Assembly (NCBI RefSeq): GCF_003018255.1
Contig: NZ_CP027440.1
Strand: one strand, 5' to 3'
Source: Escherichia coli
GTDB taxonomy: Bacteria > Pseudomonadota > Gammaproteobacteria > Enterobacterales > Enterobacteriaceae
Length of the DNA stretch: 64,000 nucleotides
Under the pieces are notes generated by a model, which worked only from the letters and a program-made list of their open reading frames with translations, searched no databases and was not told the origin of the DNA. The position numbers were made by a program, and so were the translations under genes. This document shows positions 12,441 to 25,372 of this stretch, piece after piece. Within the stretch, counting starts at the first letter, position 1. Each line of letters starts with the position of its first letter.

Positions 12441-12790
12441 GCAGTCAAAATACGGGCGTTAGATTTTACAACGGTTGGTGATTTTTTGTTCGCATGATTA
12501 GCCATGTCTTTTTCACGGAAATAGTGTTTTATACTGGTTGGTGATTTCTTATCGCTATATACCTCTGGTTTTTAGATCCCTCCTTGCTTTAAAACGTTAT
12601 AAGCGTTTAAATTGCGCTTCAGGTGCTGTCATACTGACTGCATTAACGCGGTAAATCGAAAAACTATTCTTCGCCGCGCCTGGTTGGGAGTATTTCCCGC
12701 TAAAATTGTTTAAATATACCGCTGTATCATCCCCAGGGATTGGCACAAAAATTTAACGTTACAACACCACATCCACAGGCAGTATGATTT

Positions 12791-14110
12791 ATGACCCATC
12801 AATTAAGATCGCGCGATATCATCGCTCTGGGCTTTATGACATTTGCGTTGTTCGTCGGCGCAGGTAACATTATTTTCCCTCCAATGGTCGGCTTGCAGGC
12901 AGGCGAACACGTCTGGACTGCGGCATTCGGCTTCCTCATTACTGCCGTTGGCCTGCCGGTATTAACGGTGGTGGCGCTGGCAAAAGTTGGCGGCGGTGTT
13001 GACAGCCTCAGCACGCCAATCGGTAAAGTTGCTGGCGTACTGCTGGCAACGGTGTGTTACCTGGCGGTGGGGCCGCTGTTCGCTACGCCGCGTACAGCTA
13101 CCGTTTCTTTTGAAGTGGGGATTGCGCCGCTGACGGGTGATTCCGCACTGCCGCTGTTTATCTACAGCCTGGTCTATTTCGCTATCGTTATTCTGGTTTC
13201 GCTCTATCCGGGCAAGCTGCTGGATACCGTGGGCAACTTCCTTGCGCCGCTGAAAATTATCGCGCTGGTCATCCTGTCTGTTGCCGCAATTGTCTGGCCG
13301 GCGGGTTCTATCAGCACGGCGACTGAGGCTTATCAAAACGCTGCGTTTTCTAACGGCTTCGTCAACGGCTATCTGACCATGGATACGCTGGGCGCGATGG
13401 TGTTTGGTATCGTTATTGTTAACGCGGCGCGTTCTCGTGGCGTTACTGAAGCGCGTCTGCTGACCCGTTATACCGTCTGGGCTGGCCTGATGGCGGGTGT
13501 TGGTCTGACTCTGCTGTACCTGGCGCTGTTCCGTCTGGGTTCAGACAGCGCGTCGCTGGTCGATCAGTCTGCAAACGGTGCGGCGATCCTGCATGCTTAC
13601 GTTCAGCATACCTTTGGCGGCGGCGGTAGCTTCCTGCTGGCGGCGTTAATCTTCATCGCCTGCCTGGTCACGGCGGTTGGCCTGACCTGTGCTTGTGCAG
13701 AATTCTTCGCCCAGTACGTACCGCTCTCTTATCGTACGCTGGTGTTTATCCTCGGCGGCTTCTCGATGGTGGTGTCTAACCTCGGCTTGAGTCAGCTGAT
13801 TCAGATCTCTGTACCGGTGCTGACCGCCATTTATCCGCCGTGTATCGCACTGGTTGTATTAAGTTTTACCCGCTCATGGTGGCATAATTCGTCCCGCGTG
13901 ATTGCTCCGCCGATGTTTATCAGCCTGCTTTTTGGTATTCTCGACGGGATCAAAGCATCTGCATTCAGCGATATCTTACCGTCCTGGGCGCAGCGTTTAC
14001 CGCTGGCCGAACAAGGTCTGGCGTGGTTAATGCCAACAGTGGTGATGGTGGTTCTGGCCATTATCTGGGATCGCGCGGCAGGTCGTCAGGTGACCTCCAG
14101 CGCTCACTAA
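12791..14110 (+). CDS. brnQ: Branched-chain amino acid transporter BrnQ, LIVCS family (439 aa)
   Basis: [38 protein letters not shown]...; polytopic membrane protein; exact BrnQ length. Confidence 0.95.
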   Translation: MTHQLRSRDIIALGFMTFALFVGAGNIIFPPMVGLQAGEHVWTAAFGFLITAVGLPVLTVVALAKVGGGVDSLSTPIGKVAGVLLATVCYLAVGPLFATPRTATVSFEVGIAPLTGDSALPLFIYSLVYFAIVILVSLYPGKLLDTVGNFLAPLKIIALVILSVAAIVWPAGSISTATEAYQNAAFSNGFVNGYLTMDTLGAMVFGIVIVNAARSRGVTEARLLTRYTVWAGLMAGVGLTLLYLALFRLGSDSASLVDQSANGAAILHAYVQHTFGGGGSFLLAALIFIACLVTAVGLTCACAEFFAQYVPLSYRTLVFILGGFSMVVSNLGLSQLIQISVPVLTAIYPPCIALVVLSFTRSWWHNSSRVIAPPMFISLLFGILDGIKASAFSDILPSWAQRLPLAEQGLAWLMPTVVMVVLAIIWDRAAGRQVTSSAH

Positions 14111-14129
14111 ATCACTGAACATTTGTTTT

Positions 14130-14162
14130 AACCACGGGGCTGCGATGCCCCGTGGTTTTTTA
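14130..14162 (+). terminator. Rho-independent terminator after brnQ
   Basis: Perfect hairpin accacggggc-tgcgat-gccccgtggt followed by TTTTTT. Confidence 0.75.
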
Positions 14163-14185
14163 TTGTGTTGATGGGTTAGGAATTG

Positions 14186-15559
14186 ATGGAAAGTAAGAAC
14201 AAGCTAAAGCGTGGGCTAAGTACCCGCCACATACGCTTTATGGCACTGGGTTCAGCAATTGGCACCGGGTTGTTTTACGGTTCGGCAGACGCCATCAAAA
14301 TGGCCGGTCCGAGCGTGTTGTTGGCCTATATTATCGGTGGTGTCGCGGCGTATATCATTATGCGCGCGCTGGGGGAAATGTCGGTACATAACCCGGCCGC
14401 CAGCTCTTTCTCGCGTTATGCGCAGGAAAACCTCGGCCCGCTGGCTGGTTACATTACCGGCTGGACCTACTGCTTTGAAATCCTTATTGTCGCCATCGCC
14501 GATGTGACCGCTTTTGGTATCTATATGGGTGTCTGGTTCCCGACGGTGCCGCACTGGATTTGGGTACTGAGCGTGGTGCTGATCATTTGCGCCGTAAACC
14601 TGATGAGCGTGAAGGTATTCGGTGAGCTGGAGTTCTGGTTCTCGTTCTTTAAAGTCGCCACCATCATCATCATGATTGTCGCCGGTTTCGGCATCATCAT
14701 CTGGGGGATTGGCAACGGCGGGCAACCGACCGGTATTCATAACCTGTGGAGCAACGGCGGCTTCTTCAGTAACGGCTGGCTTGGGATGGTGATGTCGTTG
14801 CAAATGGTGATGTTTGCTTACGGTGGGATCGAAATTATCGGGATTACCGCCGGTGAAGCGAAAGATCCTGAGAAATCGATTCCGCGTGCGATTAACTCCG
14901 TGCCGATGCGTATTCTGGTGTTCTACGTCGGTACGCTGTTCGTCATTATGTCTATCTACCCGTGGAATCAGGTTGGCACTGCCGGTAGCCCGTTCGTACT
15001 GACGTTCCAGCATATGGGCATTACCTTTGCCGCCAGCATTCTTAACTTTGTTGTGCTGACCGCTTCGCTGTCGGCAATTAACAGTGACGTATTTGGCGTA
15101 GGCCGTATGCTCCACGGTATGGCAGAGCAGGGCAGCGCACCAAAAATTTTCAGCAAAACCTCGCGTCGCGGTATTCCGTGGGTTACGGTGCTGGTGATGA
15201 CTACCGCGCTGCTGTTTGCTGTGTATCTGAACTACATCATGCCGGAAAACGTCTTCCTGGTGATCGCTTCGCTGGCAACCTTCGCCACGGTGTGGGTGTG
15301 GATTATGATCCTGCTGTCGCAAATCGCCTTCCGTCGCCGTTTACCGCCAGAAGAAGTTAAGTCGCTGAAATTTAAAGTACCGGGTGGGGTAGCAACCACC
15401 ATCGGCGGTTTGATTTTCCTGCTCTTTATTATCGGGTTGATTGGTTATCACCCGGATACTCGTATCTCGCTGTATGTCGGTTTCGCGTGGATTGTTGTGC
15501 TGTTGATTGGCTGGATGTTTAAGCGCCGCCACGATCGTCAGCTGGCTGAAAACCACTAA
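14186..15559 (+). CDS. proY: Proline-specific permease ProY, APC family (457 aa)
   Basis: ATG at 14186 (track began at an upstream TTG); [34 protein letters not shown]... amino acid permease signature. Confidence 0.94.
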   Translation: MESKNKLKRGLSTRHIRFMALGSAIGTGLFYGSADAIKMAGPSVLLAYIIGGVAAYIIMRALGEMSVHNPAASSFSRYAQENLGPLAGYITGWTYCFEILIVAIADVTAFGIYMGVWFPTVPHWIWVLSVVLIICAVNLMSVKVFGELEFWFSFFKVATIIIMIVAGFGIIIWGIGNGGQPTGIHNLWSNGGFFSNGWLGMVMSLQMVMFAYGGIEIIGITAGEAKDPEKSIPRAINSVPMRILVFYVGTLFVIMSIYPWNQVGTAGSPFVLTFQHMGITFAASILNFVVLTASLSAINSDVFGVGRMLHGMAEQGSAPKIFSKTSRRGIPWVTVLVMTTALLFAVYLNYIMPENVFLVIASLATFATVWVWIMILLSQIAFRRRLPPEEVKSLKFKVPGGVATTIGGLIFLLFIIGLIGYHPDTRISLYVGFAWIVVLLIGWMFKRRHDRQLAENH

Positions 15560-15619
15560 TCCTTGCGTTCTGTAAGCCGGTTCAGGAGGAAATCCTGATC
15601 CGGCTATTCCGAAAGTTAT

Positions 15620-15640
15620 CCGCCCCCGTCCTCCTCCCCC
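15620..15640 (-). promoter_or_regulatory. Candidate MalT-box region in the malZ promoter
   Basis: Bottom strand reads GGGGGAGGAGGACGGGGG, containing GGAGGA repeats resembling the MalT box GGA(T/G)GA; malZ is MalT-dependent in E. coli. Weak, motif-only call. Confidence 0.3.
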
Positions 15641-15714
15641 AAATATCCTTCAGATGATGAGTGATCCTGCATTAGGCTATGGCAAGGTGATCAGATTTTC
15701 ATCACAGGGGAATT

Positions 15715-17532
15715 ATGATGTTAAATGCATGGCACCTGCCGGTGCCCCCATTTGTTAAACAAAGCAAAGATCAACTGCTCATTACACTGTGGCTGACGGG
15801 CGAAGACCCACCGCAGCGCATTATGCTGCGTACAGAACACGACAACGAAGAAACGTCAGTACCGATGCATAAGCAGCGCAGTCAGCCGCAGCCTGGTGTT
15901 ACCGCATGGCGGGCGGCGATCGATCTCTCCGGCGGACTACCTCGGCGGCGTTATAGTTTCAAATTACTGTGGCACGATCGCCAGCGTTGGTTTACACCGC
16001 AGGGCTTCAGCCGAATGCCGCCGGCACGACTGGAGCAGTTTGCCGTCGATGTACCGGATATCGGCCCACAATGGGCTGCGGATCAGATTTTTTATCAGAT
16101 CTTCCCTGATCGTTTCGCCCGTAGTCTTCCTCGTGAAGCTGAACAGGATCATGTCTATTACCATCACGCAGCTGGACAAGAGATCATCTTGCGTGACTGG
16201 GATGAACCGGTCACGGCGCAGGCGGGCGGATCAACGTTCTATGGCGGCGATCTAGACGGGATAAGCGAAAAACTGCCGTATCTGAAAAAACTTGGCGTGA
16301 CGGCGCTGTATCTCAATCCGGTGTTTAAAGCTCCCAGCGTACATAAATACGATACCGAGGATTATCGCCATGTCGATCCGCAGTTTGGCGGTGATGGGGC
16401 GTTGTTGCGTTTGCGACACAATACGCAGCAGCTGGGAATGCGGCTGGTGCTGGACGGCGTGTTTAACCACAGTGGCGATTCCCATGCCTGGTTTGACAGA
16501 CACAATCGCGGGACGGGTGGTGCTTGTCACAACCCCGAATCGCCCTGGCGCGACTGGTACTCGTTTAGTGACGATGGCACGGCGCTCGACTGGCTGGGCT
16601 ATGCCAGCTTGCCGAAACTGGATTATCAGTCGGAAAGTCTGGTGAATGAAATTTATCGTGGGGAAGACAGTATCGTCCGCCACTGGCTGAAAGCGCCGTG
16701 GAATATGGACGGCTGGCGGCTGGATGTGGTGCATATGCTGGGGGAAGCGGGTGGGGCGCGCAATAATTTGCAGCACGTAGCCGGGATCACCGAAGCGGCG
16801 AAAGAAACCCAGCCGGAAGCGTATATCGTTGGAGAGCATTTTGGCGATGCACGGCAATGGTTACAGGCCGATGTGGAAGATGCCGCCATGAACTATCGCG
16901 GCTTCACATTCCCGTTGTGGGGATTTCTTGCCAATACCGACATCTCTTACGATCCGCAGCAAATTGACGCCCAAACCTGTATGGCCTGGATGGATAATTA
17001 CCGCGCCGGACTTTCTCATCAACAGCAACTGCGTATGTTTAATCAGCTCGATAGCCACGATACTGCGCGATTTAAAACGCTGCTCGGTCGGGATATTGCG
17101 CGCCTGCCGCTGGCGGTGGTCTGGTTGTTCACCTGGCCTGGTGTACCGTGCATTTATTACGGTGATGAAGTGGGACTGGATGGTAAAAACGATCCGTTTT
17201 GCCGTAAACCGTTCCCCTGGCAGGTGGAAAAGCAGGATACGGCGTTATTCGCGCTGTACCAGCGAATGATTGCGCTGCGTAAGAAAAGTCAGGCGCTGCG
17301 TCGTGGCGGCTGTCAGGTACTGTATGCGGAAGATAACGTGGTGGTATTTGTCCGCGTGCTGTATCAGCAGCGTGTACTGGTGGCAATCAACCGTGGCGAA
17401 GCCTGTGAAGTGGTGCTACCCGCGTCGCCGTTGCTTAATGTCGCGCAATGGCAACGCAAAGAAGGTCACGGGCAACTGACAGACGGGATTCTGGCTTTGC
17501 CTGCCATTTCGGCTACGGTGTGGATGAATTAA
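15715..17532 (+). CDS. malZ: Maltodextrin glucosidase MalZ (GH13)
   Basis: [26 protein letters not shown]...; GH13 alpha-amylase motifs ([24 protein letters not shown]); start may be the second ATG at 15718. Confidence 0.93.
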   Translation: MMLNAWHLPVPPFVKQSKDQLLITLWLTGEDPPQRIMLRTEHDNEETSVPMHKQRSQPQPGVTAWRAAIDLSGGLPRRRYSFKLLWHDRQRWFTPQGFSRMPPARLEQFAVDVPDIGPQWAADQIFYQIFPDRFARSLPREAEQDHVYYHHAAGQEIILRDWDEPVTAQAGGSTFYGGDLDGISEKLPYLKKLGVTALYLNPVFKAPSVHKYDTEDYRHVDPQFGGDGALLRLRHNTQQLGMRLVLDGVFNHSGDSHAWFDRHNRGTGGACHNPESPWRDWYSFSDDGTALDWLGYASLPKLDYQSESLVNEIYRGEDSIVRHWLKAPWNMDGWRLDVVHMLGEAGGARNNLQHVAGITEAAKETQPEAYIVGEHFGDARQWLQADVEDAAMNYRGFTFPLWGFLANTDISYDPQQIDAQTCMAWMDNYRAGLSHQQQLRMFNQLDSHDTARFKTLLGRDIARLPLAVVWLFTWPGVPCIYYGDEVGLDGKNDPFCRKPFPWQVEKQDTALFALYQRMIALRKKSQALRRGGCQVLYAEDNVVVFVRVLYQQRVLVAINRGEACEVVLPASPLLNVAQWQRKEGHGQLTDGILALPAISATVWMN

Positions 17533-17536
17533 CGTC

Positions 17537-18118
17537 TTATAACGCCTTGCGTGACGCCTGCTCCATCATCCGCGGATAAAACTGCCAGAAGCGGGTTTCG
17601 AGAGCATCGTAATGGGCGTCTAAATCGTACCAGGAGTTACGCAGGGCATCCAGACGTGGGCGACGGCTTGCCATGCCGTTTAACACGCTCTGGATGAAAT
17701 CCATATCGCGATAGCGCACCAACCACTGCTCTGACCATAAGTAGTTGTTCAGATTGATAAAGCGTGGCGGTGAGTCTGGAAGAATAGTCATCACTTGCTC
17801 CCGGGCATAACAGGTAAATTCCTGTAGCGGAAAATCGGGCGACAGCTGCGACCAGTGGCGGGACAGAAAGTGATCCCACATCACATCCAGCGTAATAGGC
17901 GCGACACGGCGCGTTTCATTACGAAACCACTCCCGCGCTTCGCGGACTTCTGGCAGATTGTCGGTTAATACGTCGATTCGCCGATGCATATGAATGCCAG
18001 CCACGACGTCGGGCGGAAAACTTTCTTCAGGATTTCCGCGTACGAAATCAGCCAGTAAATTGCCGGAAAGCGAGCTTTCCGCGAGATGGGCTAAATGCAG
18101 GTGAGCTAAAAAATTCAT
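17537..18118 (-). CDS. acpH: Acyl carrier protein phosphodiesterase AcpH (193 aa)
   Basis: [32 protein letters not shown]...; exact AcpH (YajB) length. Confidence 0.93.
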   Translation of the reverse strand: MNFLAHLHLAHLAESSLSGNLLADFVRGNPEESFPPDVVAGIHMHRRIDVLTDNLPEVREAREWFRNETRRVAPITLDVMWDHFLSRHWSQLSPDFPLQEFTCYAREQVMTILPDSPPRFINLNNYLWSEQWLVRYRDMDFIQSVLNGMASRRPRLDALRNSWYDLDAHYDALETRFWQFYPRMMEQASRKAL

Positions 18119-18210
18119 CGATTATATTCTATCCAAAGGGGGGTAAAGGTTGCAGGGAGAGCGCCCCGGCACTAGACTACCCGCCTCTTATTTTAGTCTG
18201 AGTCAGTGTC

Positions 18211-19281
18211 ATGCGCGTTACCGATTTCTCTTTTGAATTGCCCGAATCCCTGATTGCCCACTATCCCATGCCTGAACGCAGTAGCTGTCGTTTACTGTCG
18301 CTGGACGGGCCGACGGGCGCGCTGACGCACGGTACTTTCACCGATTTACTCGATAAGCTCAACCCCGGCGATCTTCTGGTTTTTAATAATACCCGCGTGA
18401 TCCCGGCGCGTCTGTTTGGGCGTAAAGCCAGCGGCGGCAAGATTGAAGTGCTGGTTGAGCGGATGCTCGACGACAAACGCATTCTTGCGCATATTCGCGC
18501 CTCGAAAGCGCCAAAACCTGGCGCAGAACTGCTGCTGGGCGATGACGAACGTATTAACGCAACAATGACCGCGCGCCACGGCGCACTGTTTGAAGTCGAA
18601 TTTAATGATCAACGTTCGGTGCTGGATATTCTCAACAGCATCGGCCATATGCCGCTGCCGCCGTACATCGACCGTCCGGACGAAGATGCAGACCGCGAAC
18701 TTTATCAAACGGTTTATAGCGAAAAACCCGGCGCGGTAGCAGCACCGACCGCCGGACTGCACTTTGACGAACCTTTGCTGGAAAAATTACGCGCCAAAGG
18801 CGTGGAGATGGCGTTTGTGACGTTGCACGTTGGTGCGGGCACCTTCCAGCCGGTGCGCGTCGACACCATTGAAGATCACATCATGCACTCGGAATACGCT
18901 GAAGTGCCGCAGGATGTGGTAGACGCGGTACTGGCGGCGAAAGCGCGCGGTAACCGGGTGATTGCGGTTGGTACCACCTCAGTACGTTCGCTGGAAAGTG
19001 CGGCTCAGGCAGCGAAAAACGATCTCATTGAACCGTTCTTTGACGATACCCAAATCTTTATCTATCCGGGTTTCCAGTACAAAGTGGTCGATGCGCTGGT
19101 GACGAACTTCCACCTTCCGGAATCGACGCTGATTATGCTGGTTTCGGCATTTGCTGGTTATCAACACACCATGAATGCCTATAAAGCGGCGGTAGAAGAG
19201 AAATATCGCTTTTTTAGTTACGGTGATGCGATGTTTATCACGTACAATCCGCAGGCAATTAATGAGCGCGTTGGGGAGTAA
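18211..19281 (+). CDS. queA: S-adenosylmethionine:tRNA ribosyltransferase-isomerase QueA (356 aa)
   Basis: [29 protein letters not shown]...; classic QueA N-terminus. Confidence 0.96.
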   Translation: MRVTDFSFELPESLIAHYPMPERSSCRLLSLDGPTGALTHGTFTDLLDKLNPGDLLVFNNTRVIPARLFGRKASGGKIEVLVERMLDDKRILAHIRASKAPKPGAELLLGDDERINATMTARHGALFEVEFNDQRSVLDILNSIGHMPLPPYIDRPDEDADRELYQTVYSEKPGAVAAPTAGLHFDEPLLEKLRAKGVEMAFVTLHVGAGTFQPVRVDTIEDHIMHSEYAEVPQDVVDAVLAAKARGNRVIAVGTTSVRSLESAAQAAKNDLIEPFFDDTQIFIYPGFQYKVVDALVTNFHLPESTLIMLVSAFAGYQHTMNAYKAAVEEKYRFFSYGDAMFITYNPQAINERVGE

Positions 19282-19320
19282 TTCCGCGGCGCTGGTTTAA
19301 ACGTTGGACTGTTTTTCTGA

Positions 19321-20463
<1,143 letters not shown>

Positions 20464-20485
20464 TATTAATAATGAGGGAAATTTA

Positions 20486-20818
20486 ATGAGCTTTTTTATT
20501 TCTGATGCGGTAGCGGCAACGGGTGCACCGGCGCAAGGTAGCCCGATGTCTTTGATTTTGATGCTGGTGGTATTCGGTCTGATTTTCTATTTCATGATCC
20601 TGCGTCCACAGCAGAAGCGCACCAAAGAACACAAAAAGCTGATGGACTCCATCGCTAAAGGTGATGAAGTGCTGACGAACGGTGGCCTGGTCGGTCGCGT
20701 AACCAAAGTAGCGGAAAACGGCTACATTGCTATCGCGCTGAATGACACCACTGAAGTAGTTATTAAACGTGACTTCGTAGCTGCCGTTCTGCCGAAAGGC
20801 ACCATGAAGGCGCTGTAA
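20486..20818 (+). CDS. yajC: Sec translocon accessory protein YajC (110 aa)
   Basis: Internal ATG at 20486; MSFFISDAVAATGAPAQGSPMSLILMLVVFGLIFYFMILRPQQKR... single TM plus C-terminal domain. Confidence 0.94.
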   Translation: MSFFISDAVAATGAPAQGSPMSLILMLVVFGLIFYFMILRPQQKRTKEHKKLMDSIAKGDEVLTNGGLVGRVTKVAENGYIAIALNDTTEVVIKRDFVAAVLPKGTMKAL

Positions 20819-20845
20819 TTAAAATTTTTCCCTAAGGGAATTGCC

Positions 20846-22693
20846 GTGTTAAACCGTTATCCTTTGTGGAAGTACGTCATGCTGATCGTGGTGATTGTCA
20901 TCGGTCTGCTGTATGCGCTTCCCAACCTGTTTGGTGAGGATCCGGCTGTTCAGATCACTGGTGCGCGCGGAGTCGCCGCCAGTGAGCAAACGCTGATCCA
21001 GGTCCAGAAAACGTTACAAGAAGAAAAAATAACTGCTAAGTCTGTGGCACTGGAAGAGGGCGCTATTCTTGCGCGCTTCGACTCCACTGACACCCAGCTG
21101 CGCGCTCGTGAAGCATTAATGGGCGTTATGGGTGACAAATACGTCGTGGCGCTTAACCTTGCCCCGGCAACGCCGCGCTGGCTGGCAGCTATTCACGCTG
21201 AGCCGATGAAGCTCGGCCTTGACCTGCGTGGCGGCGTTCACTTCCTGATGGAAGTGGATATGGACACCGCGCTTGGCAAACTCCAGGAACAAAACATCGA
21301 TAGCCTGCGCAGCGACCTGCGCGAAAAGGGCATCCCGTATACCACCGTTCGTAAAGAAAACAACTACGGCCTGAGCATCACTTTCCGCGATGCTAAAGCT
21401 CGTGATGAAGCCATTGCGTATCTGAGCAAGCGCCATCCGGACCTGGTGATTAGCAGCCAGGGCAGCAACCAGCTGCGTGCGGTAATGAGCGATGCTCGCC
21501 TGAGTGAAGCGCGTGAATATGCGGTGCAGCAGAACATTAATATCCTGCGTAACCGTGTAAACCAACTTGGCGTGGCGGAGCCGGTGGTTCAGCGTCAGGG
21601 TGCTGACCGTATCGTTGTTGAACTGCCAGGTATTCAGGACACAGCGCGTGCGAAAGAGATTCTGGGTGCGACGGCAACGCTGGAATTCCGTCTGGTAAAC
21701 ACCAACGTTGATCAGGCCGCTGCGGCATCCGGTCGCGTACCGGGCGACTCTGAAGTGAAACAGACCCGCGAAGGTCAGCCGGTTGTGCTGTACAAACGCG
21801 TAATTCTGACCGGTGACCATATCACCGACTCCACTTCCAGCCAGGACGAATACAACCAGCCGCAGGTTAACATCTCGCTCGATAGCGCGGGTGGTAACAT
21901 CATGTCTAACTTCACCAAGGACAACATCGGCAAACCGATGGCAACTCTGTTTGTGGAGTACAAAGACAGCGGTAAGAAAGATGCAAACGGTCGTGCGGTT
22001 CTGGTGAAACAGGAAGAGGTGATTAACATCGCCAACATCCAGTCTCGTCTGGGTAACAGCTTCCGTATTACTGGCATCAATAACCCAAGCGAAGCGCGTC
22101 AGCTTTCACTGCTGCTGCGTGCCGGTGCGTTGATCGCGCCGATTCAGATTGTTGAAGAACGTACCATTGGCCCAACCCTGGGTATGCAGAACATTGAGCA
22201 GGGGCTGGAGGCTTGCCTTGCCGGTCTGCTGGTTTCTATTCTGTTCATGATCATCTTCTATAAGAAGTTTGGTCTGATTGCGACCAGTGCTCTGATTGCC
22301 AACTTGATCTTGATTGTCGGTATTATGTCGCTGTTGCCAGGCGCAACGCTGAGTATGCCAGGTATCGCGGGTATCGTCTTAACCCTTGCGGTAGCGGTCG
22401 ATGCGAACGTACTGATCAACGAACGTATTAAAGAAGAGTTGAGCAACGGACGTACTGTTCAACAGGCAATTGATGAAGGTTATCGTGGCGCATTCAGTTC
22501 CATCTTCGATGCGAACATCACCACGCTGATTAAAGTCATCATCCTGTATGCAGTGGGTACCGGGGCAATTAAAGGGTTCGCGATTACTACCGGTATCGGT
22601 GTGGCGACGTCGATGTTTACCGCGATTGTCGGTACGCGTGCCATCGTAAACCTGCTATATGGCGGCAAGCGCGTCAAGAAGCTGTCAATCTGA
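20846..22693 (+). CDS. secD: Protein translocase subunit SecD (615 aa)
   Basis: GTG start; [34 protein letters not shown]...; large periplasmic domain then six TM helices. Confidence 0.96.
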   Translation: MLNRYPLWKYVMLIVVIVIGLLYALPNLFGEDPAVQITGARGVAASEQTLIQVQKTLQEEKITAKSVALEEGAILARFDSTDTQLRAREALMGVMGDKYVVALNLAPATPRWLAAIHAEPMKLGLDLRGGVHFLMEVDMDTALGKLQEQNIDSLRSDLREKGIPYTTVRKENNYGLSITFRDAKARDEAIAYLSKRHPDLVISSQGSNQLRAVMSDARLSEAREYAVQQNINILRNRVNQLGVAEPVVQRQGADRIVVELPGIQDTARAKEILGATATLEFRLVNTNVDQAAAASGRVPGDSEVKQTREGQPVVLYKRVILTGDHITDSTSSQDEYNQPQVNISLDSAGGNIMSNFTKDNIGKPMATLFVEYKDSGKKDANGRAVLVKQEEVINIANIQSRLGNSFRITGINNPSEARQLSLLLRAGALIAPIQIVEERTIGPTLGMQNIEQGLEACLAGLLVSILFMIIFYKKFGLIATSALIANLILIVGIMSLLPGATLSMPGIAGIVLTLAVAVDANVLINERIKEELSNGRTVQQAIDEGYRGAFSSIFDANITTLIKVIILYAVGTGAIKGFAITTGIGVATSMFTAIVGTRAIVNLLYGGKRVKKLSI

Positions 22694-22703
22694 GGAGTGC
22701 GAT

Positions 22704-23675
22704 GTGGCACAGGAATATACTGTTGAACAACTAAACCACGGCCGTAAAGTCTATGACTTTATGCGCTGGGACTACTGGGCTTTCGGCATCTCTGGTCTGC
22801 TGTTAATCGCCGCTATCGTTATTATGGGCGTGCGCGGCTTTAACTGGGGGCTGGATTTTACCGGTGGTACGGTTATTGAAATTACGCTCGAAAAACCGGC
22901 TGAAATTGACGTAATGCGTGATGCATTGCAAAAAGCCGGTTTTGAAGAGCCGATGCTGCAAAACTTTGGTAGCAGCCACGACATCATGGTCCGTATGCCG
23001 CCTGCTGAAGGCGAAACCGGCGGTCAGGTGCTGGGCAGCCAGGTCCTGAAGGTGATTAACGAATCCACCAATCAGAATGCGGCAGTGAAGCGTATTGAGT
23101 TCGTCGGTCCGAGCGTGGGGGCAGACCTTGCGCAAACCGGTGCGATGGCGTTGATGGCGGCGCTGCTGTCTATCCTCGTGTACGTAGGTTTCCGCTTTGA
23201 GTGGCGACTGGCGGCAGGGGTTGTTATTGCGCTGGCGCACGACGTTATCATTACGCTGGGTATTTTGTCGTTATTCCATATCGAGATTGACCTGACCATT
23301 GTGGCATCGTTGATGTCAGTTATCGGTTACTCGCTTAACGACAGTATCGTGGTATCGGACCGTATTCGTGAAAACTTCCGCAAGATCCGTCGCGGTACGC
23401 CTTACGAAATCTTTAACGTGTCCTTGACCCAGACGCTGCACCGTACCTTGATCACATCCGGTACTACCTTGATGGTTATCCTGATGCTGTACCTCTTCGG
23501 TGGTCCGGTACTGGAAGGCTTCTCGCTGACCATGCTTATCGGTGTTTCCATCGGTACTGCATCTTCCATCTATGTGGCATCTGCGCTGGCTCTGAAACTG
23601 GGTATGAAGCGCGAACACATGTTGCAGCAGAAAGTGGAAAAAGAAGGGGCGGATCAGCCGTCAATTCTGCCTTAA
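22704..23675 (+). CDS. secF: Protein translocase subunit SecF (323 aa)
   Basis: GTG at 22704 gives (M)[30 protein letters not shown]...; track ORF began earlier inside the secD 3' end. Confidence 0.94.
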
Positions 23676-23696
23676 TCAAGTTTCAGCTGATGTTGA

Positions 23697-23728
23697 AAAT
23701 CCCGGTCAGAAGATCGGGATTTTTTTTG
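23697..23728 (+). terminator. Rho-independent terminator after secF (end of the queA-tgt-yajC-secDF cluster)
   Basis: Hairpin atcccggtc-agaa-gatcgggat followed by TTTTTTTT. Confidence 0.8.
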
Positions 23729-23804
23729 ATGTAAGGTGATTGCGAAAATCCCCGCATCTTGGGAAACTGCGCGTAACCCTACATTTCATCCAGGTAACTT
23801 TTTC

Positions 23805-24152
23805 ATGGCTATCATCCCAAAAAACTATGCGCGGTTAGAAAGCGGCTATCGCGAAAAAGCATTAAAAATCTATCCGTGGGTCTGCGGTCGCTGTTCCCGC
23901 GAGTTTGTTTATTCCAACCTGCGTGAACTTACCGTTCACCACATTGATCACGACCATACTAATAACCCGGAAGATGGCAGTAACTGGGAATTACTTTGTC
24001 TCTATTGCCACGATCATGAGCATTCGAAATACACCGAAGCGGATCAGTATGGTACGACCGTTATCGCAGGGGAAGATGCGCAGAAAGATGTCGGTGAAGC
24101 GAAGTACAACCCATTCGCTGATTTGAAAGCGATGATGAACAAGAAGAAGTGA
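23805..24152 (+). CDS. yajD: HNH-endonuclease-family protein YajD (115 aa)
   Basis: Internal ATG at 23805; MAIIPKNYARLESGYREKALKIYPWVCGRCSREF...HHIDHDHTNN...LLCLYCHDHEH: CxxC ... HH ... N ... CxxH HNH zinc-finger nuclease motif. Confidence 0.92.
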   Translation: MAIIPKNYARLESGYREKALKIYPWVCGRCSREFVYSNLRELTVHHIDHDHTNNPEDGSNWELLCLYCHDHEHSKYTEADQYGTTVIAGEDAQKDVGEAKYNPFADLKAMMNKKK

Positions 24153-24181
24153 TAAAAAATGCCGGATATGAAATCCGGCAT
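24153..24181 (-). terminator. Terminator hairpin between convergent yajD and tsx (best fit for tsx on the minus strand)
   Basis: gccggat-atgaa-atccggc palindrome; on the bottom strand it is followed by a U-run (plus-strand AAAAAA at 24154-24159). Confidence 0.65.
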
Positions 24182-24189
24182 TCTCACAA

Positions 24190-25074
24190 TTAGAAGTTGT
24201 AACCTACTACCAGATAACCACCCCAGCCGGTAGAGCGAACGTTGAAGTTGCCGTTGCCGAAGTTCAGTTCTGCATCGTCATTCCACTGACCACCGTTATG
24301 CCAGTAACGGGCAACGACAGAGTAGTGCCAGTGATCGTAATTCAGCGCCAGAATATGGCTGGACGCAATAGAGTTATTGGTACGTGTTTTAATACCGTTG
24401 TTCGCATAACCGCTGTCATCGCCCAGGTCGGAACCCCAGTCGAAGTTGGTGAAGCCGATGTAGCTCAGCTGGCCGCCCCACAGATCGGTAATCGGCACAA
24501 AGTACTTCACTTTGAAACGGTAACCGTCCCACTCGTTTTCGTTCGCTGCGCCGTAGTTCTGCCACTGGTATTTCGCATAGACGTTCATGGACAGGCTCAT
24601 CGGCAGACCAGTATCGATGTCGGTACCCAGACCCATGTACCAGGTGCTCTGGCGGCCATCTTTATTACGACCCATGTCGTAAATGTAGTTGTTCGCGAAG
24701 TACCACTCTTTGAACGGACCAAAGCTAAGGTCAGTATTGGTCAGCTTGTCGATGGAGAAACGCGGTTCGATTTCCATAAACAGCGGAGAACCGTGGTTCC
24801 AGATACCTTTTGCATCGGAGTTACCGCCGAAGAATACCGGCGCATCCGCATAACCATAGAAGTCGAACCAGTCTTTTTTAGCGAATGCTTCGTACTCAAG
24901 GTAGGTATCGTTGCGGAGCTGCGGTCCGAAACGGGTGTGATAGCTTCCGACAACGTTAACGCTCTGGTGCCACCAGTCGGAAAGATACTGCGGTTTGTCG
25001 TTTTCAGCTGCGTTGACAGTAAAAGACGAAGAGAGCGCCAGTACCGCACCGGCTGCCAGTAATGTTTTTTTCAT
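24190..25074 (-). CDS. tsx: Nucleoside-specific outer-membrane channel Tsx (294 aa)
   Basis: Trimmed to [38 protein letters not shown]... (signal peptide); C-terminal ...GYLVVGYNF beta-barrel ending in F. Confidence 0.95.
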   Translation of the reverse strand: MKKTLLAAGAVLALSSSFTVNAAENDKPQYLSDWWHQSVNVVGSYHTRFGPQLRNDTYLEYEAFAKKDWFDFYGYADAPVFFGGNSDAKGIWNHGSPLFMEIEPRFSIDKLTNTDLSFGPFKEWYFANNYIYDMGRNKDGRQSTWYMGLGTDIDTGLPMSLSMNVYAKYQWQNYGAANENEWDGYRFKVKYFVPITDLWGGQLSYIGFTNFDWGSDLGDDSGYANNGIKTRTNNSIASSHILALNYDHWHYSVVARYWHNGGQWNDDAELNFGNGNFNVRSTGWGGYLVVGYNF

Positions 25075-25185
25075 ATGTATGCCACTGTTTGAAAATCCCT
25101 TGCGGGAGTGAAAAAGGCGCAAATTGCGTTTCTAAATATTTCGTATACAGAGGAGCCTATTATAAAAATCATTGCTCACAAAAAT

Positions 25186-25245
25186 ATGTTTCGTTTCACA
25201 GTTCTATCATTTACGTAATCGATTGCGTTCACGTTTACACACATT
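25186..25245 (-). promoter_or_regulatory. Candidate CRP/CytR half-sites in the tsx promoter region
   Basis: TGTTTCGTTTCACA and GTTCACGTTTACACA lie 110-170 bp upstream of the tsx start; both carry TCACA-type half-sites. Motif-level call only. Confidence 0.25.
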
Positions 25246-25372
25246 CGGGCGGGGATTGTACTGACTTTCACCCTTGTTGCAAACTTTTACTATCAATCCA
25301 GGTGATGTAAGCGGAGTAACAAAATGACGGAGAAAGATGTTGCGGGACGCACAATATCGCCCCGCAATACGT

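Noticed and set aside
14252-15322. 356-codon minus-strand ORF inside proY
   Set aside because: Antisense shadow of the proY permease gene; product is highly charged and low complexity.
21116-21820. 234-codon minus-strand ORF inside secD
   Set aside because: Antisense shadow ORF; secD on the plus strand is the real gene.
24298-25062. 254-codon plus-strand ORF overlapping tsx
   Set aside because: Antisense to tsx, whose signal peptide and beta-barrel sequence identify the minus strand as coding.
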